64,000 nt of DNA from a virus. Lineage: Duplodnaviria; Caudoviricetes. A program made the translations under genes and the position numbers. Positions 34,469 to 44,458 of the stretch are shown one piece after another. The first letter of the stretch is position 1, and each line of letters begins with the position of its first letter. Location: the IMG/VR virus record IMGVR_UViG_3300028886_000002, positions 32,001 through 96,000 of that record, one strand, 5' to 3'. The notes beneath the pieces were generated by a model. It had not been told where the DNA came from. It ran no database searches and saw only the letters and a list, made by a program, of their open reading frames with translations.

Positions 34469-36414
34469 TTACTATAATCGCAGTCTAAGCACCTTATACA
34501 TCCACCTTCTCGAATTAATCTGCCACCACATTTAGGACAAATTTCAGCACTTTCTTCTTTAGGCATATACTTACTTAATATTCTACATATAGCAGAACTA
34601 AATGACGTTATATTCTCATTAACTTTCTTTTCAGTTTTGATAATAAACTTTAATGGAATTCCATGCCGCAACAATGCACTTACTAACAACGTACAAGTTC
34701 TCTGTTCTGCATTAAGAAGACTGTCTAAGTCATCTATGTTGATAAGATCTGAGTGGAAGCTATATAATCCTTTAGCTCTTTTTGTTAATATACCTTTATG
34801 ATTATTTATTTTTATCTGTTTTTCTGGCTTAAAGCAGAAAGCTTCATAAGGTTTATTCTTATATAAACCAATCATAACATAAAAGATTTCTCCACCTACT
34901 TTTACAGAATAGAATTCTGCATCTAATTTCCTAGGGCGTTTAGGAGCACTAATAGAAGATTCAAATCTTTCTTCTTTTTGTTTATCACTAACAGAGTTAA
35001 GAATTCCTTCCCTACATCCATCACGATATACTGTAACTCCCTTTAAACCATTTTCCCAAGCTTCCATATAGATTTTAGATATCTCTTCTTCTGTAGTTTC
35101 TTTAGGTAGATTTATAGTAGATGATATGCTATGGGTTATAAAAGTTTGACATGTGGCCTGAGTCATAATTCTATAATGCCAATCAATGTCATGCGCTGTC
35201 GCTCCATGATATGGACTCTCTTTATAAATAGTATCCCATTTATCGAGACTCCAATTATCAATATTTTCTTCTGGGTATTTTATTCTTGCCCATTGTTTTA
35301 AACCCTCGTGTACAACTACGTATTCTGTAAATTTAACACCTAGTTTATCTACATAATCTACACGATCAGTATCAGAAGTACATTTCTTTCTTCTCTTATA
35401 ATATGGCATAAATACAGGTTCAATACCTGAAGATGTTTGAGTAAGCATTGCTACACTACCAGTAGGAGCAATGGTACTAAAAGATATATTACGTCTTCCG
35501 ACTTTTAACATTCTTCTGTACGTTTCAAAGTCGTATTCTTTTACAAGACTTTGAAATAATGGATTCTCTTTATCAAAACCATCATATTCTTCAAATATAC
35601 CTCTAGTTTCCGCCATATCAACAGTTGCCTTAAGCTCTGCTTTGAAGATAGTTTCCATTACAGTCTTTATAATAGGAATAGATTCTGGAGAACCATATTT
35701 AATATTAAGTTGTGCTAACATATCAGCTAGACCTAGTATTCCAACACCTGCTCTTCTTCCTCTCTTCGAAACATCAAGAATTTTTTCCCACATTTCTTGT
35801 TCTTCAGATTCAGACTCACATACATCAATAATCCTTTTTACTGCTTCTTGCTCTAAATCTACCAAGTCATCTCCCAATTTCATTGCATAATAGCCTAAGT
35901 GAGCTATAACATTGTAGTCTAATTCCGCTTTTTCAGTATATGGATATTTAACACATTTAGCAAGATTAATATGAATTAATCTACAGGAATCCATAGCTCC
36001 CATACCAATCTCTCCACAAGGATTTGTAGAAATCATACTAAATTCTGGATAATAACGATCTGGTGCTTTTAAATGCATTGCATCATCAAATATTATACCA
36101 GGCTCGGCTGTATTCCAAGCACAATGAATTAATTTATTCCATAAATCACGTGCTTTAATTCGCTTGACATATTTATGATAGCCAACTTCAATAAGTTCAC
36201 CTAATTTACTATTAGTTGGGATATATACAGTATCAAAGTCCAAGTCTAAAGGATATCTTTGGTAATATATCTCATCATTCTTAACGGCTCTCATAAAAGC
36301 ATCAGACACTTTTACAGAAATATTAGCACCAGTAACTTTTGTTAAGTCTTGCTTCTTTTCTATAAATTCTTCAGCATCAGGATGATCAATAGATATAGTT
36401 AACATTAATGCGCC
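34459..36414 (-). CDS. nrdJ: Class II (B12-dependent) ribonucleotide reductase, exon 2
   Basis: Begins GALMLTISIDHPD; TNPCGE, TIAPTGS, SISSTINLP, GLKGVTVYRDG and a C-terminal Cys cluster. Confidence 0.92.
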   Translation of the reverse strand, partial: GALMLTISIDHPDAEEFIEKKQDLTKVTGANISVKVSDAFMRAVKNDEIYYQRYPLDLDFDTVYIPTNSKLGELIEVGYHKYVKRIKARDLWNKLIHCAWNTAEPGIIFDDAMHLKAPDRYYPEFSMISTNPCGEIGMGAMDSCRLIHINLAKCVKYPYTEKAELDYNVIAHLGYYAMKLGDDLVDLEQEAVKRIIDVCESESEEQEMWEKILDVSKRGRRAGVGILGLADMLAQLNIKYGSPESIPIIKTVMETIFKAELKATVDMAETRGIFEEYDGFDKENPLFQSLVKEYDFETYRRMLKVGRRNISFSTIAPTGSVAMLTQTSSGIEPVFMPYYKRRKKCTSDTDRVDYVDKLGVKFTEYVVVHEGLKQWARIKYPEENIDNWSLDKWDTIYKESPYHGATAHDIDWHYRIMTQATCQTFITHSISSTINLPKETTEEEISKIYMEAWENGLKGVTVYRDGCREGILNSVSDKQKEERFESSISAPKRPRKLDAEFYSVKVGGEIFYVMIGLYKNKPYEAFCFKPEKQIKINNHKGILTKRAKGLYSFHSDLINIDDLDSLLNAEQRTCTLLVSALLRHGIPLKFIIKTEKKVNENITSFSSAICRILSKYMPKEESAEICPKCGGRLIREGGCIRCLDCDYSKCL

Positions 36415-37403
36415 CTATTTGGACTATTTCATACCTTTTTACAGGCTTGGGCACTCTAGCTGGTTATTAAGGGAACCCATTTTCCCTCCAGTAGTCTCTA
36501 CACCTTCTACTTCATGGGAAGTAGCTTGGCACGAGATTGCACTATTAATAGTGTTTTCCTCGTTTTCACCCAATTCAAGACGCAGCGCATTATATTTATT
36601 ATATTTACGGGGTAATACAATTAAATCTTCTTTCCCGTACATATATTTCAAGATATTTAAAACATCTTTTTTAGATGCCATTTCTAATACATAACAATTT
36701 TCTGTTCCTTTTTTATGTAAGGCGGAACTTATACCTAAAGATATTAAAAGCTTTTGTATAGCATATAACAATTTATAACTTCCAGTGAAATTTACTTTTT
36801 GCCATATTCTATTACGATCTTTTCTTCTACCCCATGTTAAACATCCATCTCCATCAAAAAAGCCTAGTAACATATAAGGCTCTAAATCTTTTCTTATTAT
36901 CGGAAAAGTTTTATTTTCTTTAGTACCATTAGATAGCCTATTAATGTCCTTTACTAAAGTCGAATTTCCAATATTTACACTAGCATTAGGAAATCTTCTT
37001 TTACTCCTATCTAGCTTAGTAGATATTATAACTCTAGTATTTAGTTCTTTAGCAATAAAATCTAAAATACATTTATCAGCTAAAGCGCATCTATATTGTA
37101 TGACTTTATTGTTTATATAACCATCTGCTAAAGTATAGCCTAATATATAAGCTTTTTCTTTTGTGTCTATTTTGTTAAAATAATCATAATTATATTCTGG
37201 TCTTTTATGCTTATAAAATTCTTTCAAGCCCATTTTATTTATATGATGCAAAATAGTTCTATGTTTTATGTTAACATTTGGTAACTTTTCTATTTCTTTT
37301 GTATTCATACCTTTAATAAGGCATTCTTTTAAAAATTGTTTTTCTATCATAATAATCTCTACTCTCTATATTTTCGAAATTAATTTTTAAATATCTTTTA
37401 TTT
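36415..37403 (-). mobile_element. Group I self-splicing intron (989 nt) in nrdJ
   Basis: 5' exon ends in U (aagacgU) and the intron ends in G. IGS gcgucuu (36583-36577) pairs with the exon end; P10 aaugcgc pairs with exon-2 gcgcauu; P7 gacua/uaguc. Splicing restores NGRR|GALM in frame. Confidence 0.92.
36439..37350 (-). CDS. Intron-encoded LAGLIDADG homing endonuclease
   Basis: Two motifs, AYILGYTLADG and MLLGFFDGDG. Confidence 0.92.
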   Translation of the reverse strand: MIEKQFLKECLIKGMNTKEIEKLPNVNIKHRTILHHINKMGLKEFYKHKRPEYNYDYFNKIDTKEKAYILGYTLADGYINNKVIQYRCALADKCILDFIAKELNTRVIISTKLDRSKRRFPNASVNIGNSTLVKDINRLSNGTKENKTFPIIRKDLEPYMLLGFFDGDGCLTWGRRKDRNRIWQKVNFTGSYKLLYAIQKLLISLGISSALHKKGTENCYVLEMASKKDVLNILKYMYGKEDLIVLPRKYNKYNALRLELGENEENTINSAISCQATSHEVEGVETTGGKMGSLNNQLECPSL

Positions 37404-37898
37404 ACGTCTTCCATTCATAGCTACTTCATTAGTTAGTGCTGAGTTCACATCCATAAAAGATGCTGCACCAGTAGAAGTAGAAGCGGCATTATTTACCATT
37501 GCCCCATTAGGTCGCAACTTAGACAAGTCATATCCTACGCCTCCGCGTCGTTTCATTAATTGAATCTGATAGTTTCTAATTTTCATTATTGAATTATAAC
37601 TATCTTCTGGAGATTCAACTACAAAGCAGTTAGAAAGACTCACAGGTTTCTCTAAGCCAGCATTTGCTAATACAGAACCACCTGGAATTATATATCCATC
37701 TTTAAATAAATTTTTAATAAAAGTAGGAGCTAACACCCAATGGTCTTCTTTATAATTAGATTCTATCCTTCCAAATTCTTTGGCTAATCTTTCATAAGTA
37801 TCATCTGGAGTTTGTTCATTCTCGGCTTTATATTTATTCTCCCAAACGGAAGCAGCCAACTCGTCACCATTAAAATACTCTAAAACTTTATTATTCAT
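37404..37898 (-). CDS. nrdJ: Class II ribonucleotide reductase, exon 1
   Basis: IIPGGSVL, SLSNCFV, KRRGGVG.DLS.LRP, STGAASFM; ends AMNGRR. Confidence 0.92.
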
Positions 37899-37902
37899 CT
37901 AG

Positions 37903-38697
37903 TTAATTTAAAGATTGAATACCTAGAATCTTACCTGCTAATAAAGTCTTTTCTGGAATACTAAATACATCCCTACCTTTAGTTACCATATTAGTTATTT
38001 GCTGAGTCATTGCATTATATACATCATACATATTAACAGTATCACCTACTTGATAATACTCTGAGTTTTCTTCTAAGAATAAACTCTTATATGCAGATAT
38101 AATATTATCAACACTTAACTTTACTGGCTGAAAACCATTATTCCAATTCATAAGAAGAGTATTATCTACCCATTTTCCTAGTAATTGTTCTCTTGCTTCT
38201 ACACTATTCTCAAATCTCTCTTCGTGCAGTTTAGTAAGAATAGCATTTGTTTCATCCTTTAACTCTAAAATATGATCTAAAGGTTTAAAATCAATAGGAG
38301 TTTCTGGATCTAAAGCTTGGATACTTAAATAAGAAGGACTAAATATGCATAAATTAGTACAAGCAGCATTAAGTGCTCCACTATAGAATTTAACAACTGG
38401 CTTTCTTACATCTAAGCCCATTACCATACCTATAACCTTATCATGGTTCTCATACATTTCTTCATCTGGCATCACCGCTTCAATATACACTCTATTATAA
38501 GTAGTGTCATGGGAGCTAGTACCACCATTTTCAGTAATAGTTATTTGTTCAGGAGTTTGTACATGTACTCTAAAATCATCTGTATAATTTGATAATCTAT
38601 CCAAGAAAGGCTTTACATAATTTGCAGTCTTAAAATAAGCTTTTTTACCAATAATTGTTGGTTTACCTTCTAATAATTCTTTTACTTCAATATCCAT
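37903..38697 (-). CDS. Conserved crAss-like protein (DUF932-like)
   Basis: ACTNLCIF and YDVYNAMTQ motifs. Confidence 0.6.
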   Translation of the reverse strand: MDIEVKELLEGKPTIIGKKAYFKTANYVKPFLDRLSNYTDDFRVHVQTPEQITITENGGTSSHDTTYNRVYIEAVMPDEEMYENHDKVIGMVMGLDVRKPVVKFYSGALNAACTNLCIFSPSYLSIQALDPETPIDFKPLDHILELKDETNAILTKLHEERFENSVEAREQLLGKWVDNTLLMNWNNGFQPVKLSVDNIISAYKSLFLEENSEYYQVGDTVNMYDVYNAMTQQITNMVTKGRDVFSIPEKTLLAGKILGIQSLN

Positions 38698-38701
38698 ACT
38701 A

Positions 38702-39055
38702 TCATTCTTCCTTTTCTTCCTGCTCTTGCTGTAACTTAGCGATTTGATCTTGCAACCACGTTTTGTATCTGGTTTCTATTACTTCTTTATAATTATCCCA
38801 AATTTCACGTACTTGTTCATTATCATACCTCCATTCTCTTTGTCCCTTAGCTGGTACATAAAAATGAGCAGTAAGTTCTTTTAATACTTTTTCATCTTCT
38901 TTTGTTCCGTGTTCTACAATATCTATAATTTGTGTATCAGGATTATAAGATATGTATTCTTTTAATCTAGGGTATTCACCATCAATTTTTGCTCTTTCGG
39001 ACCACCCTATTTTAACTTTATCATGTCCATTACTTACTAAATATATCATTATCAT
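38702..39055 (-). CDS. T5orf172/GIY-YIG-like domain protein
   Basis: IYLV...VKIGWS...RL...NP...E...REW. Confidence 0.55.
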   Translation of the reverse strand: MIMIYLVSNGHDKVKIGWSERAKIDGEYPRLKEYISYNPDTQIIDIVEHGTKEDEKVLKELTAHFYVPAKGQREWRYDNEQVREIWDNYKEVIETRYKTWLQDQIAKLQQEQEEKEE

Positions 39056-39104
39056 TTACATTTAAGTGAGTTATCTAGTGATACTAGTTTACTCTCACTA
39101 TTAT

Positions 39105-39141
39105 TAAATAATAGAGTGGTATATTACCACTCTATTATTTA
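39105..39141. terminator. Palindromic hairpin, probable terminator
   Basis: taaataatagagtggt-atatt-accactctattattta perfect 16-bp stem right after the 39142 stop. Confidence 0.7.
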
Positions 39142-39669
39142 TTAGCCTACAAATCTAAAGAATGTATAAGCACCTTTTTGAGTGCCTTTAGAAGGGGTAT
39201 ATTTGCACTCCAAAGTTTTAAGATTATTTACATCAATCTTAATCGGCATTATATAAGCATCCTCTTTTGCGCCATTAAAATACAAATCTCTAAGAGCTTT
39301 AATTGCATCACTTTTCTGCTTATAATAATGAGGGTGCAGTTGCCCACCAATAACAATTACATAATGTTTTACATAATGTCTTGCTTTGGTTGGAATATTC
39401 TTCATGCTATAAGGTCTGGTACGCTTATTTTCTTTGCCATAATTTTCGATGATATATAAGCTAACATTTTCTTCATCTTTGCATTTCTTTTCAAGCTGCT
39501 CTTCCATAAATTTTTCTAAATCTATTCCAGTTGGACAACCAGCTTTTTGCCAAGCTATGGTACAATTAGCCCCAGAGTCTGGAAATACTACACCAGTACC
39601 TTCAGGAAATTGATCTAGAGCATCTTTTAAAGAATAAGCTTCAAATTTTTCAACTTTTAATATTGCCAT
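39142..39669 (-). CDS. Conserved crAss-like hypothetical protein
   Basis: 175-aa ORF (RTRPY, YTPSKGT). Confidence 0.7.
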   Translation of the reverse strand: MAILKVEKFEAYSLKDALDQFPEGTGVVFPDSGANCTIAWQKAGCPTGIDLEKFMEEQLEKKCKDEENVSLYIIENYGKENKRTRPYSMKNIPTKARHYVKHYVIVIGGQLHPHYYKQKSDAIKALRDLYFNGAKEDAYIMPIKIDVNNLKTLECKYTPSKGTQKGAYTFFRFVG

Positions 39670-39687
39670 ATTATTTATTAAAATTAA

Positions 39688-40047
39688 TTAAAATGGGATC
39701 CATGTATCTAAAATTCTCTTGACTTCTGCAATCATTTCTTTATTAGATTTAAAATCTAATTTAGGTATCTCACCTTTTATGCCTTGCATAAAGTCTTCAC
39801 ACATTATTGCTAGTCCTCTGATAGCTGCAACATAATCGTCACAATATGATCCCTCTTTAAATACTATCTTGGCTAGCACTTCCCAACATGTAATATCTGG
39901 GTTTTTCTCTCGTAATTTTTGTGTTATATAACACACAATTATTATAAGATTTATACGATCTTCAAAAGAACCATTGAAATTACATACACCATAATATCTA
40001 TTGTATGTAGTTTTTAGCTCTTGATAATCAGGTATCCAAGTTTCCAT
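39688..40047 (-). CDS. Hypothetical protein
   Basis: 119-aa coupled ORF. Confidence 0.7.
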   Translation of the reverse strand: METWIPDYQELKTTYNRYYGVCNFNGSFEDRINLIIIVCYITQKLREKNPDITCWEVLAKIVFKEGSYCDDYVAAIRGLAIMCEDFMQGIKGEIPKLDFKSNKEMIAEVKRILDTWIPF

Positions 40048-41047
40048 CTTGTATCTTATTTAATTCTACTTCAGCTGCCATTTTAAGCAGTTTAATAAAT
40101 TCTTGAAATCCATTTATTATTTCAGAATCATATACTTCATATATGCCAGAGTTACATTCTGAAACTGTACTTACCACTAGCATATTAGCATTAAAGCTGC
40201 TTATGTCTGTTATATTGTGATATTTTGCAACATACTCCTTAAGCATAAAAGCATAAAGACCCATTTGTCTGGCATAATGATATTCTTTAAAACTATGCTT
40301 AAAATATTCTAATGGATGCCCAGTAGTCTTTAAATCATTTAGCACTAAAGAACCTTCACTAATAGTAAAATTATCCAGTTTTCCCTTTACTTTAAGTATA
40401 ACAGATTTTCCTGTTTCGGTATCAGTAGCTTTAAAGTCCAGAAATATAGCAGCTTCATTCATTACCTTAGAATCTGCTGGATGCAAAAGTTTCATAATAC
40501 TAGGATTCAACTGTAGAGATGCTACACATTGCATACAAGTCTCATAGTTACGAGTATCTAAAAATATACTTTCAGCATTAAGATACTCTGGACTTTTCTC
40601 TTCTTTATATCTACTCTCTAAATATGGGATACATTGTTCTAGAACACTATTTATTCTAGAATCCGTAAGAGACTTAGAATAATAATCTACTTTAATACAT
40701 GCCTCTCTTACTTCTTCTAAGGTTGGTAATTCTTTAGTTTTCTTGTATTTCTTATATAGTATATCAGCTATGAATCCTACCTTTGCACTAGGGCGAGTTG
40801 TATCATCAGATAATTTAAAATCTTTAGGCTGTAAAATTAATTCATGAACAGCGCTTCCTAAAAATAAACTATTAGAATAGTTTGGCTTAAATCCAGCCAA
40901 ATATTTTTCTACTGATCCTCCTTGATCGGGATTTATTAAGCTAAGTTTAGAATTACTGATACAATTAGAAAACTCTTTAGAAAAATAGCGTTCATCACTT
41001 ATCTCAAGATATTGAACGCTATTTGGTATATATTCAATTTTTATCAT
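40028..41047 (-). CDS. PD-(D/E)xK exonuclease (RecE/DUF3799-like)
   Basis: ISNSKL, GSAVHELIL, KGKLD...DLKTT, YARQMGLY. Confidence 0.85.
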   Translation of the reverse strand: MIKIEYIPNSVQYLEISDERYFSKEFSNCISNSKLSLINPDQGGSVEKYLAGFKPNYSNSLFLGSAVHELILQPKDFKLSDDTTRPSAKVGFIADILYKKYKKTKELPTLEEVREACIKVDYYSKSLTDSRINSVLEQCIPYLESRYKEEKSPEYLNAESIFLDTRNYETCMQCVASLQLNPSIMKLLHPADSKVMNEAAIFLDFKATDTETGKSVILKVKGKLDNFTISEGSLVLNDLKTTGHPLEYFKHSFKEYHYARQMGLYAFMLKEYVAKYHNITDISSFNANMLVVSTVSECNSGIYEVYDSEIINGFQEFIKLLKMAAEVELNKIQDGNLDT

Positions 41048-41580
41048 ACTAAATCTTTAAAGTTATAAAAATGTTTCTCCATAAATTCATCATAGGCCTT
41101 GCATATAGTATCATAGTCAAGAGATTCAATTCTGCCTATTTCTCCCCAACTTTGATTATTAGGTGTACTATATAATAAGCAAGGCACGCCTGCTAAATTC
41201 AGCTGAATCATATTATGTATGCTATCATCAATAAAGACATCAACTTTCCCCTTTACTCTTTTTGATTTATCAACTCTATGCCCATACATTTGATATACTG
41301 GACTATTAGGAAAGCCGTTATCCTTTAACCACTTTTTAGACCAAGCTTTATTATTGACTCTAGCAGTACAATATAATACTGGAACAAAATCAATTTTATT
41401 CTTTATAGGTAAAGTAATCCAAAACTGTCTATTTGTTTTTAGATCTCTGACAACATTCTTTGTTATTTGGTGTTCTTTTAGTCTGCTTGGGTATTTCTTT
41501 ACATTATAATACTCACAATAAGACTCCCACCAATAACATAAACAGTCATCAATATCTAAACCAATCTTTAAATCTCTCAT
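41044..41580 (-). CDS. HAD-superfamily 5'(3')-nucleotidase-like protein
   Basis: GLDIDDCL, CTAR, K, FIDDS. Confidence 0.85.
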   Translation of the reverse strand: MRDLKIGLDIDDCLCYWWESYCEYYNVKKYPSRLKEHQITKNVVRDLKTNRQFWITLPIKNKIDFVPVLYCTARVNNKAWSKKWLKDNGFPNSPVYQMYGHRVDKSKRVKGKVDVFIDDSIHNMIQLNLAGVPCLLYSTPNNQSWGEIGRIESLDYDTICKAYDEFMEKHFYNFKDLV

Positions 41581-41804
41581 TCAAATTCATCTAAACTATA
41601 TATATCCCCAATTACTATATCACATGTTTCAAATAATATACTTTTAAGTTCAGAAAAATTATCTGGATCAATTTCTTCGTTATCAATATATTTATCCATT
41701 AAAATTTTAATATATTTATCTTCTGCGGCTTTAAAGTCCTTAGCTACTACTTTATGTATAATATTATCAACATCAGAGCATATTGGCAATAGATATGTAT
41801 TCAT
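41577..41804 (-). CDS. Hypothetical protein
   Basis: 75-aa coupled ORF. Confidence 0.65.
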   Translation of the reverse strand: MNTYLLPICSDVDNIIHKVVAKDFKAAEDKYIKILMDKYIDNEEIDPDNFSELKSILFETCDIVIGDIYSLDEFE

Positions 41805-41805
41805 A

Positions 41806-42222
41806 TTATTTATTTTTACTAATTAATTCAAGGAAATAATCCAAAGGAATCATAGCAATAGTTCCTTCACTATTATGACCAGATGTCCCTGTTTTTTTCC
41901 AAATAACACAAAACGGCTTCTCTTTATCTGTACAAGCATCTCGTATTGCAAAGTATCTAGGTGTAGAAATAGTATTTTTTGTTTGGATATTGCATGGTAA
42001 TTCACCATTTAAATCTACTACATCTATTTTATTAGCATCAGCCATCTTATTAACAGCACGACTAGATTTACATCCTGTATATCCTATTTGTTTTAATTTA
42101 TTTACTATTTCAAGTTCAAATTTATTTCCTTTACGCCTATTACGTTTGCCTATGCTTGACTTTTTAGTTTTTTCATCAGGCAGCTAATCTTTGTTTTGTG
42201 CTTTACAGTTTTTCTTTTGCAT
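41806..42222 (-). CDS. Holliday junction resolvase-like PD-(D/E)xK nuclease (138 aa, one TAG at codon 13)
   Basis: RRKGNKFELEIV...ID...NIQTK motifs extend upstream of the track start (42045). The nearest ATG/GTG/TTG covering them is 42222, with in-frame TAG at 42186-42184. Confidence 0.7.
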
Positions 42223-43201
42223 AATCAATTAATTCAAGAGTCTTTTCTCTACCAAATTTACTATAATAATCTGAAATATCTTTTGCACCATATTTTCTAG
42301 GAATCCAAAAACATTTTACTCCAAATTTCTTTCTAAATTTATTCATATTCTGAATACCAGCCAAATCATTATCGTAGAATATAACTATATTTTTAAACCT
42401 CTTATGAAGGGCTTCAAACTGTTTTTCAGTAAGAAATAAATTTTCAGAATTAGGTGCTACTGCAGTAATTCCTAAAGAATACAGACAGGCTACATCTTTT
42501 AAAGCTTTAGTTACTACTAAAACATCACCACTTAAAGGGAGTTGTTTTGCTCCTTGAAGCATAGTAGCTCGCCAATTAGATAGAAACTTTGGCTCTCTCT
42601 TCCTATGTTTAGGAAGATATATTCGCCATAGTTCCATTCCTTTGGAATTTTTCCCTCTATAATAACCATATACAGGATGTGATTTACTAGAGGTGGTAAA
42701 GATATTTCCATTTAAAAATACAGTATTACAAGAGAATATCCTAAATTTCTTTAGGATATCCTCAGTAACACCGAATTGATTCCACCATTTAAGTTCTTCT
42801 GCAGAAAAATCTTTTATTTCGACTTGTATAATAGCTTCTTGAGTCTCCTCAAATTTGTCTTCACTTACTTTTACAGATTTTCTTGTTTTAGGTCTATCAG
42901 TATGTATAAATCCAAAATCATTTCCTATGATTTTAAGGGCTTCAAAATATGAGCAATTATATTTAAACATTACAACATTTATAAAATTGCCTCTCATATC
43001 AGAGCCAAAATCCTTAAATATGATATCACCTTTTTTATTTCTATAAAAAGAACACGTTGGGTTTTTATCATCCCTTAAAGGAGAAACAAATAATCCTTTC
43101 CGTACAGGAACTCCTAGGTAGTAATTAAGATAAGTCTCTTGAGAATACTTACTTAATAAATATTCTTTAGTAATTGTAGGTTCTAATCTAAATATTGCCA
43201 T
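42203..43201 (-). CDS. DNA primase (TOPRIM)
   Basis: SPLRDDKNPTCSFY...FKDFG; VVTKALKDV; FYDNDLAG; KDISD. Confidence 0.88.
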   Translation of the reverse strand: MAIFRLEPTITKEYLLSKYSQETYLNYYLGVPVRKGLFVSPLRDDKNPTCSFYRNKKGDIIFKDFGSDMRGNFINVVMFKYNCSYFEALKIIGNDFGFIHTDRPKTRKSVKVSEDKFEETQEAIIQVEIKDFSAEELKWWNQFGVTEDILKKFRIFSCNTVFLNGNIFTTSSKSHPVYGYYRGKNSKGMELWRIYLPKHRKREPKFLSNWRATMLQGAKQLPLSGDVLVVTKALKDVACLYSLGITAVAPNSENLFLTEKQFEALHKRFKNIVIFYDNDLAGIQNMNKFRKKFGVKCFWIPRKYGAKDISDYYSKFGREKTLELIDYAKEKL

Positions 43202-43225
43202 AACTATTATTTCTTATTAGAACTA

Positions 43226-43240
43226 CAAATTTACTAAATT
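43226..43240 (-). promoter_or_regulatory. Bacteroidota-type -7 promoter element upstream of primase
   Basis: AATTTAGTAAATTTG contains TAnnTTTG; near-identical copy at 50899-50913. Confidence 0.55.
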
Positions 43241-43241
43241 A

Positions 43242-43910
43242 TTAAAGATCATCCAACTCTAAATCGTCTGTATCTTCAGACTTGGAATCGTCTTCCAAAT
43301 CATCAGGCATTACAGTTGGTTTAGTGTTAGCAAGTGCTTCTTTTGCTTTAAGTTCACGAGCTGTAAATTTAAGTTCGGACTCTTTCTCGCTAATCCAGTT
43401 ATTGCTAAAGAAAGCTTCATCTGTCTTAGTATTGATTTGAACAGAATTTGGCAGAGAAGCATAGCCTCTATTATTAGCAACCACTTTGATATAAAATTCT
43501 TTATCTATACTAGAGTTAGTAGCTTTAGTAAGGACTTCTACAAGTTTATCAAATTCGGCTGGCAATTCCAAATTCAATTTGCCCTTAATCTTCTCATAAT
43601 TTTCTGGTGCTACTACAGATAAGAAATGAGCTACATTAAAGATAAGTTGCTCCATAGCAGAAGGCATAACCCATTTATAAGTTCCAGTGTCTCCAGACAT
43701 TCTCTCTTCACCCTTAGCGTCGGGACAGAAGAACATAGTATCAAATACACCAGACTCTCCGTCAAATTTTATCTGAAAAGCTTTCCACTCGCGGCCTTCT
43801 TTAGACTTTCCTTCTTTGGCTTCAATACCTTTAAAGGCAACTTTAGAGATTGTAAAAGGGGCAATTCTTTGCACCGCTGTAGTATTTGCAGTTGAAATAT
43901 TAAACTTCAT
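43242..43910 (-). CDS. Probable single-stranded DNA-binding protein
   Basis: Beta-rich N-terminus, acidic tail (DTDDLELDDL), position near Sak4-like ATPase and primase. Confidence 0.6.
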   Translation of the reverse strand: MKFNISTANTTAVQRIAPFTISKVAFKGIEAKEGKSKEGREWKAFQIKFDGESGVFDTMFFCPDAKGEERMSGDTGTYKWVMPSAMEQLIFNVAHFLSVVAPENYEKIKGKLNLELPAEFDKLVEVLTKATNSSIDKEFYIKVVANNRGYASLPNSVQINTKTDEAFFSNNWISEKESELKFTARELKAKEALANTKPTVMPDDLEDDSKSEDTDDLELDDL

Positions 43911-43912
43911 AT

Positions 43913-44458
43913 TTAATTAATTAATGATTCAAAATTTATATCCTTTAGTTCTGTGCTTTTATCAAACTCGGCTAGCCAGTCATCTAATTCATCAGAACTT
44001 TCTTGTTCATCTATATCTATTTCTTCGTCAGCATTTGGAAGTTCTATATTCTCATCTTCCATTATTATAGGTTCAGCATCTTTACTGACTAATTTAAAGA
44101 AAGTACCATCATAATATTCAATAGTAAATTCAGTACCATATTTAGATAATACCTCATTAGCTGTACCCCTATAACTTACTGTTTTACTTTTAGTAAGCTT
44201 ATTACCAGCATCCACTGATTTACATATTACAGGATACATAAAGCCATCTATTTGAGAATATTCAATATTTAGTCTATCTCCATAGGTGGCATTTAATAGT
44301 TCTATAGCAGCACTATTTAACTCATATTTATTATCTCGTAATATTAATAAAGGTTTAGTACTGGTTTCAATTTCTTCTAATATTTCAGAAGTAGTAGATA
44401 ATACTTTAAAAGTATTATCTTTACCTACTTCTGCAAGAGTTGTTATTTTAATTTTCAT
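43913..44458 (-). CDS. Hypothetical protein with acidic tail
   Basis: Likely start MKIKIT at 44458, overlapping the upstream TGA. Confidence 0.65.
   Translation of the reverse strand: MKIKITTLAEVGKDNTFKVLSTTSEILEEIETSTKPLLILRDNKYELNSAAIELLNATYGDRLNIEYSQIDGFMYPVICKSVDAGNKLTKSKTVSYRGTANEVLSKYGTEFTIEYYDGTFFKLVSKDAEPIIMEDENIELPNADEEIDIDEQESSDELDDWLAEFDKSTELKDINFESLIN

Noticed and set aside
37398-37898. nrdJ as two independent genes, or an intein
   Set aside because: An in-frame stop follows exon 1, there are no intein terminal residues, and group I pairings restore a continuous frame.
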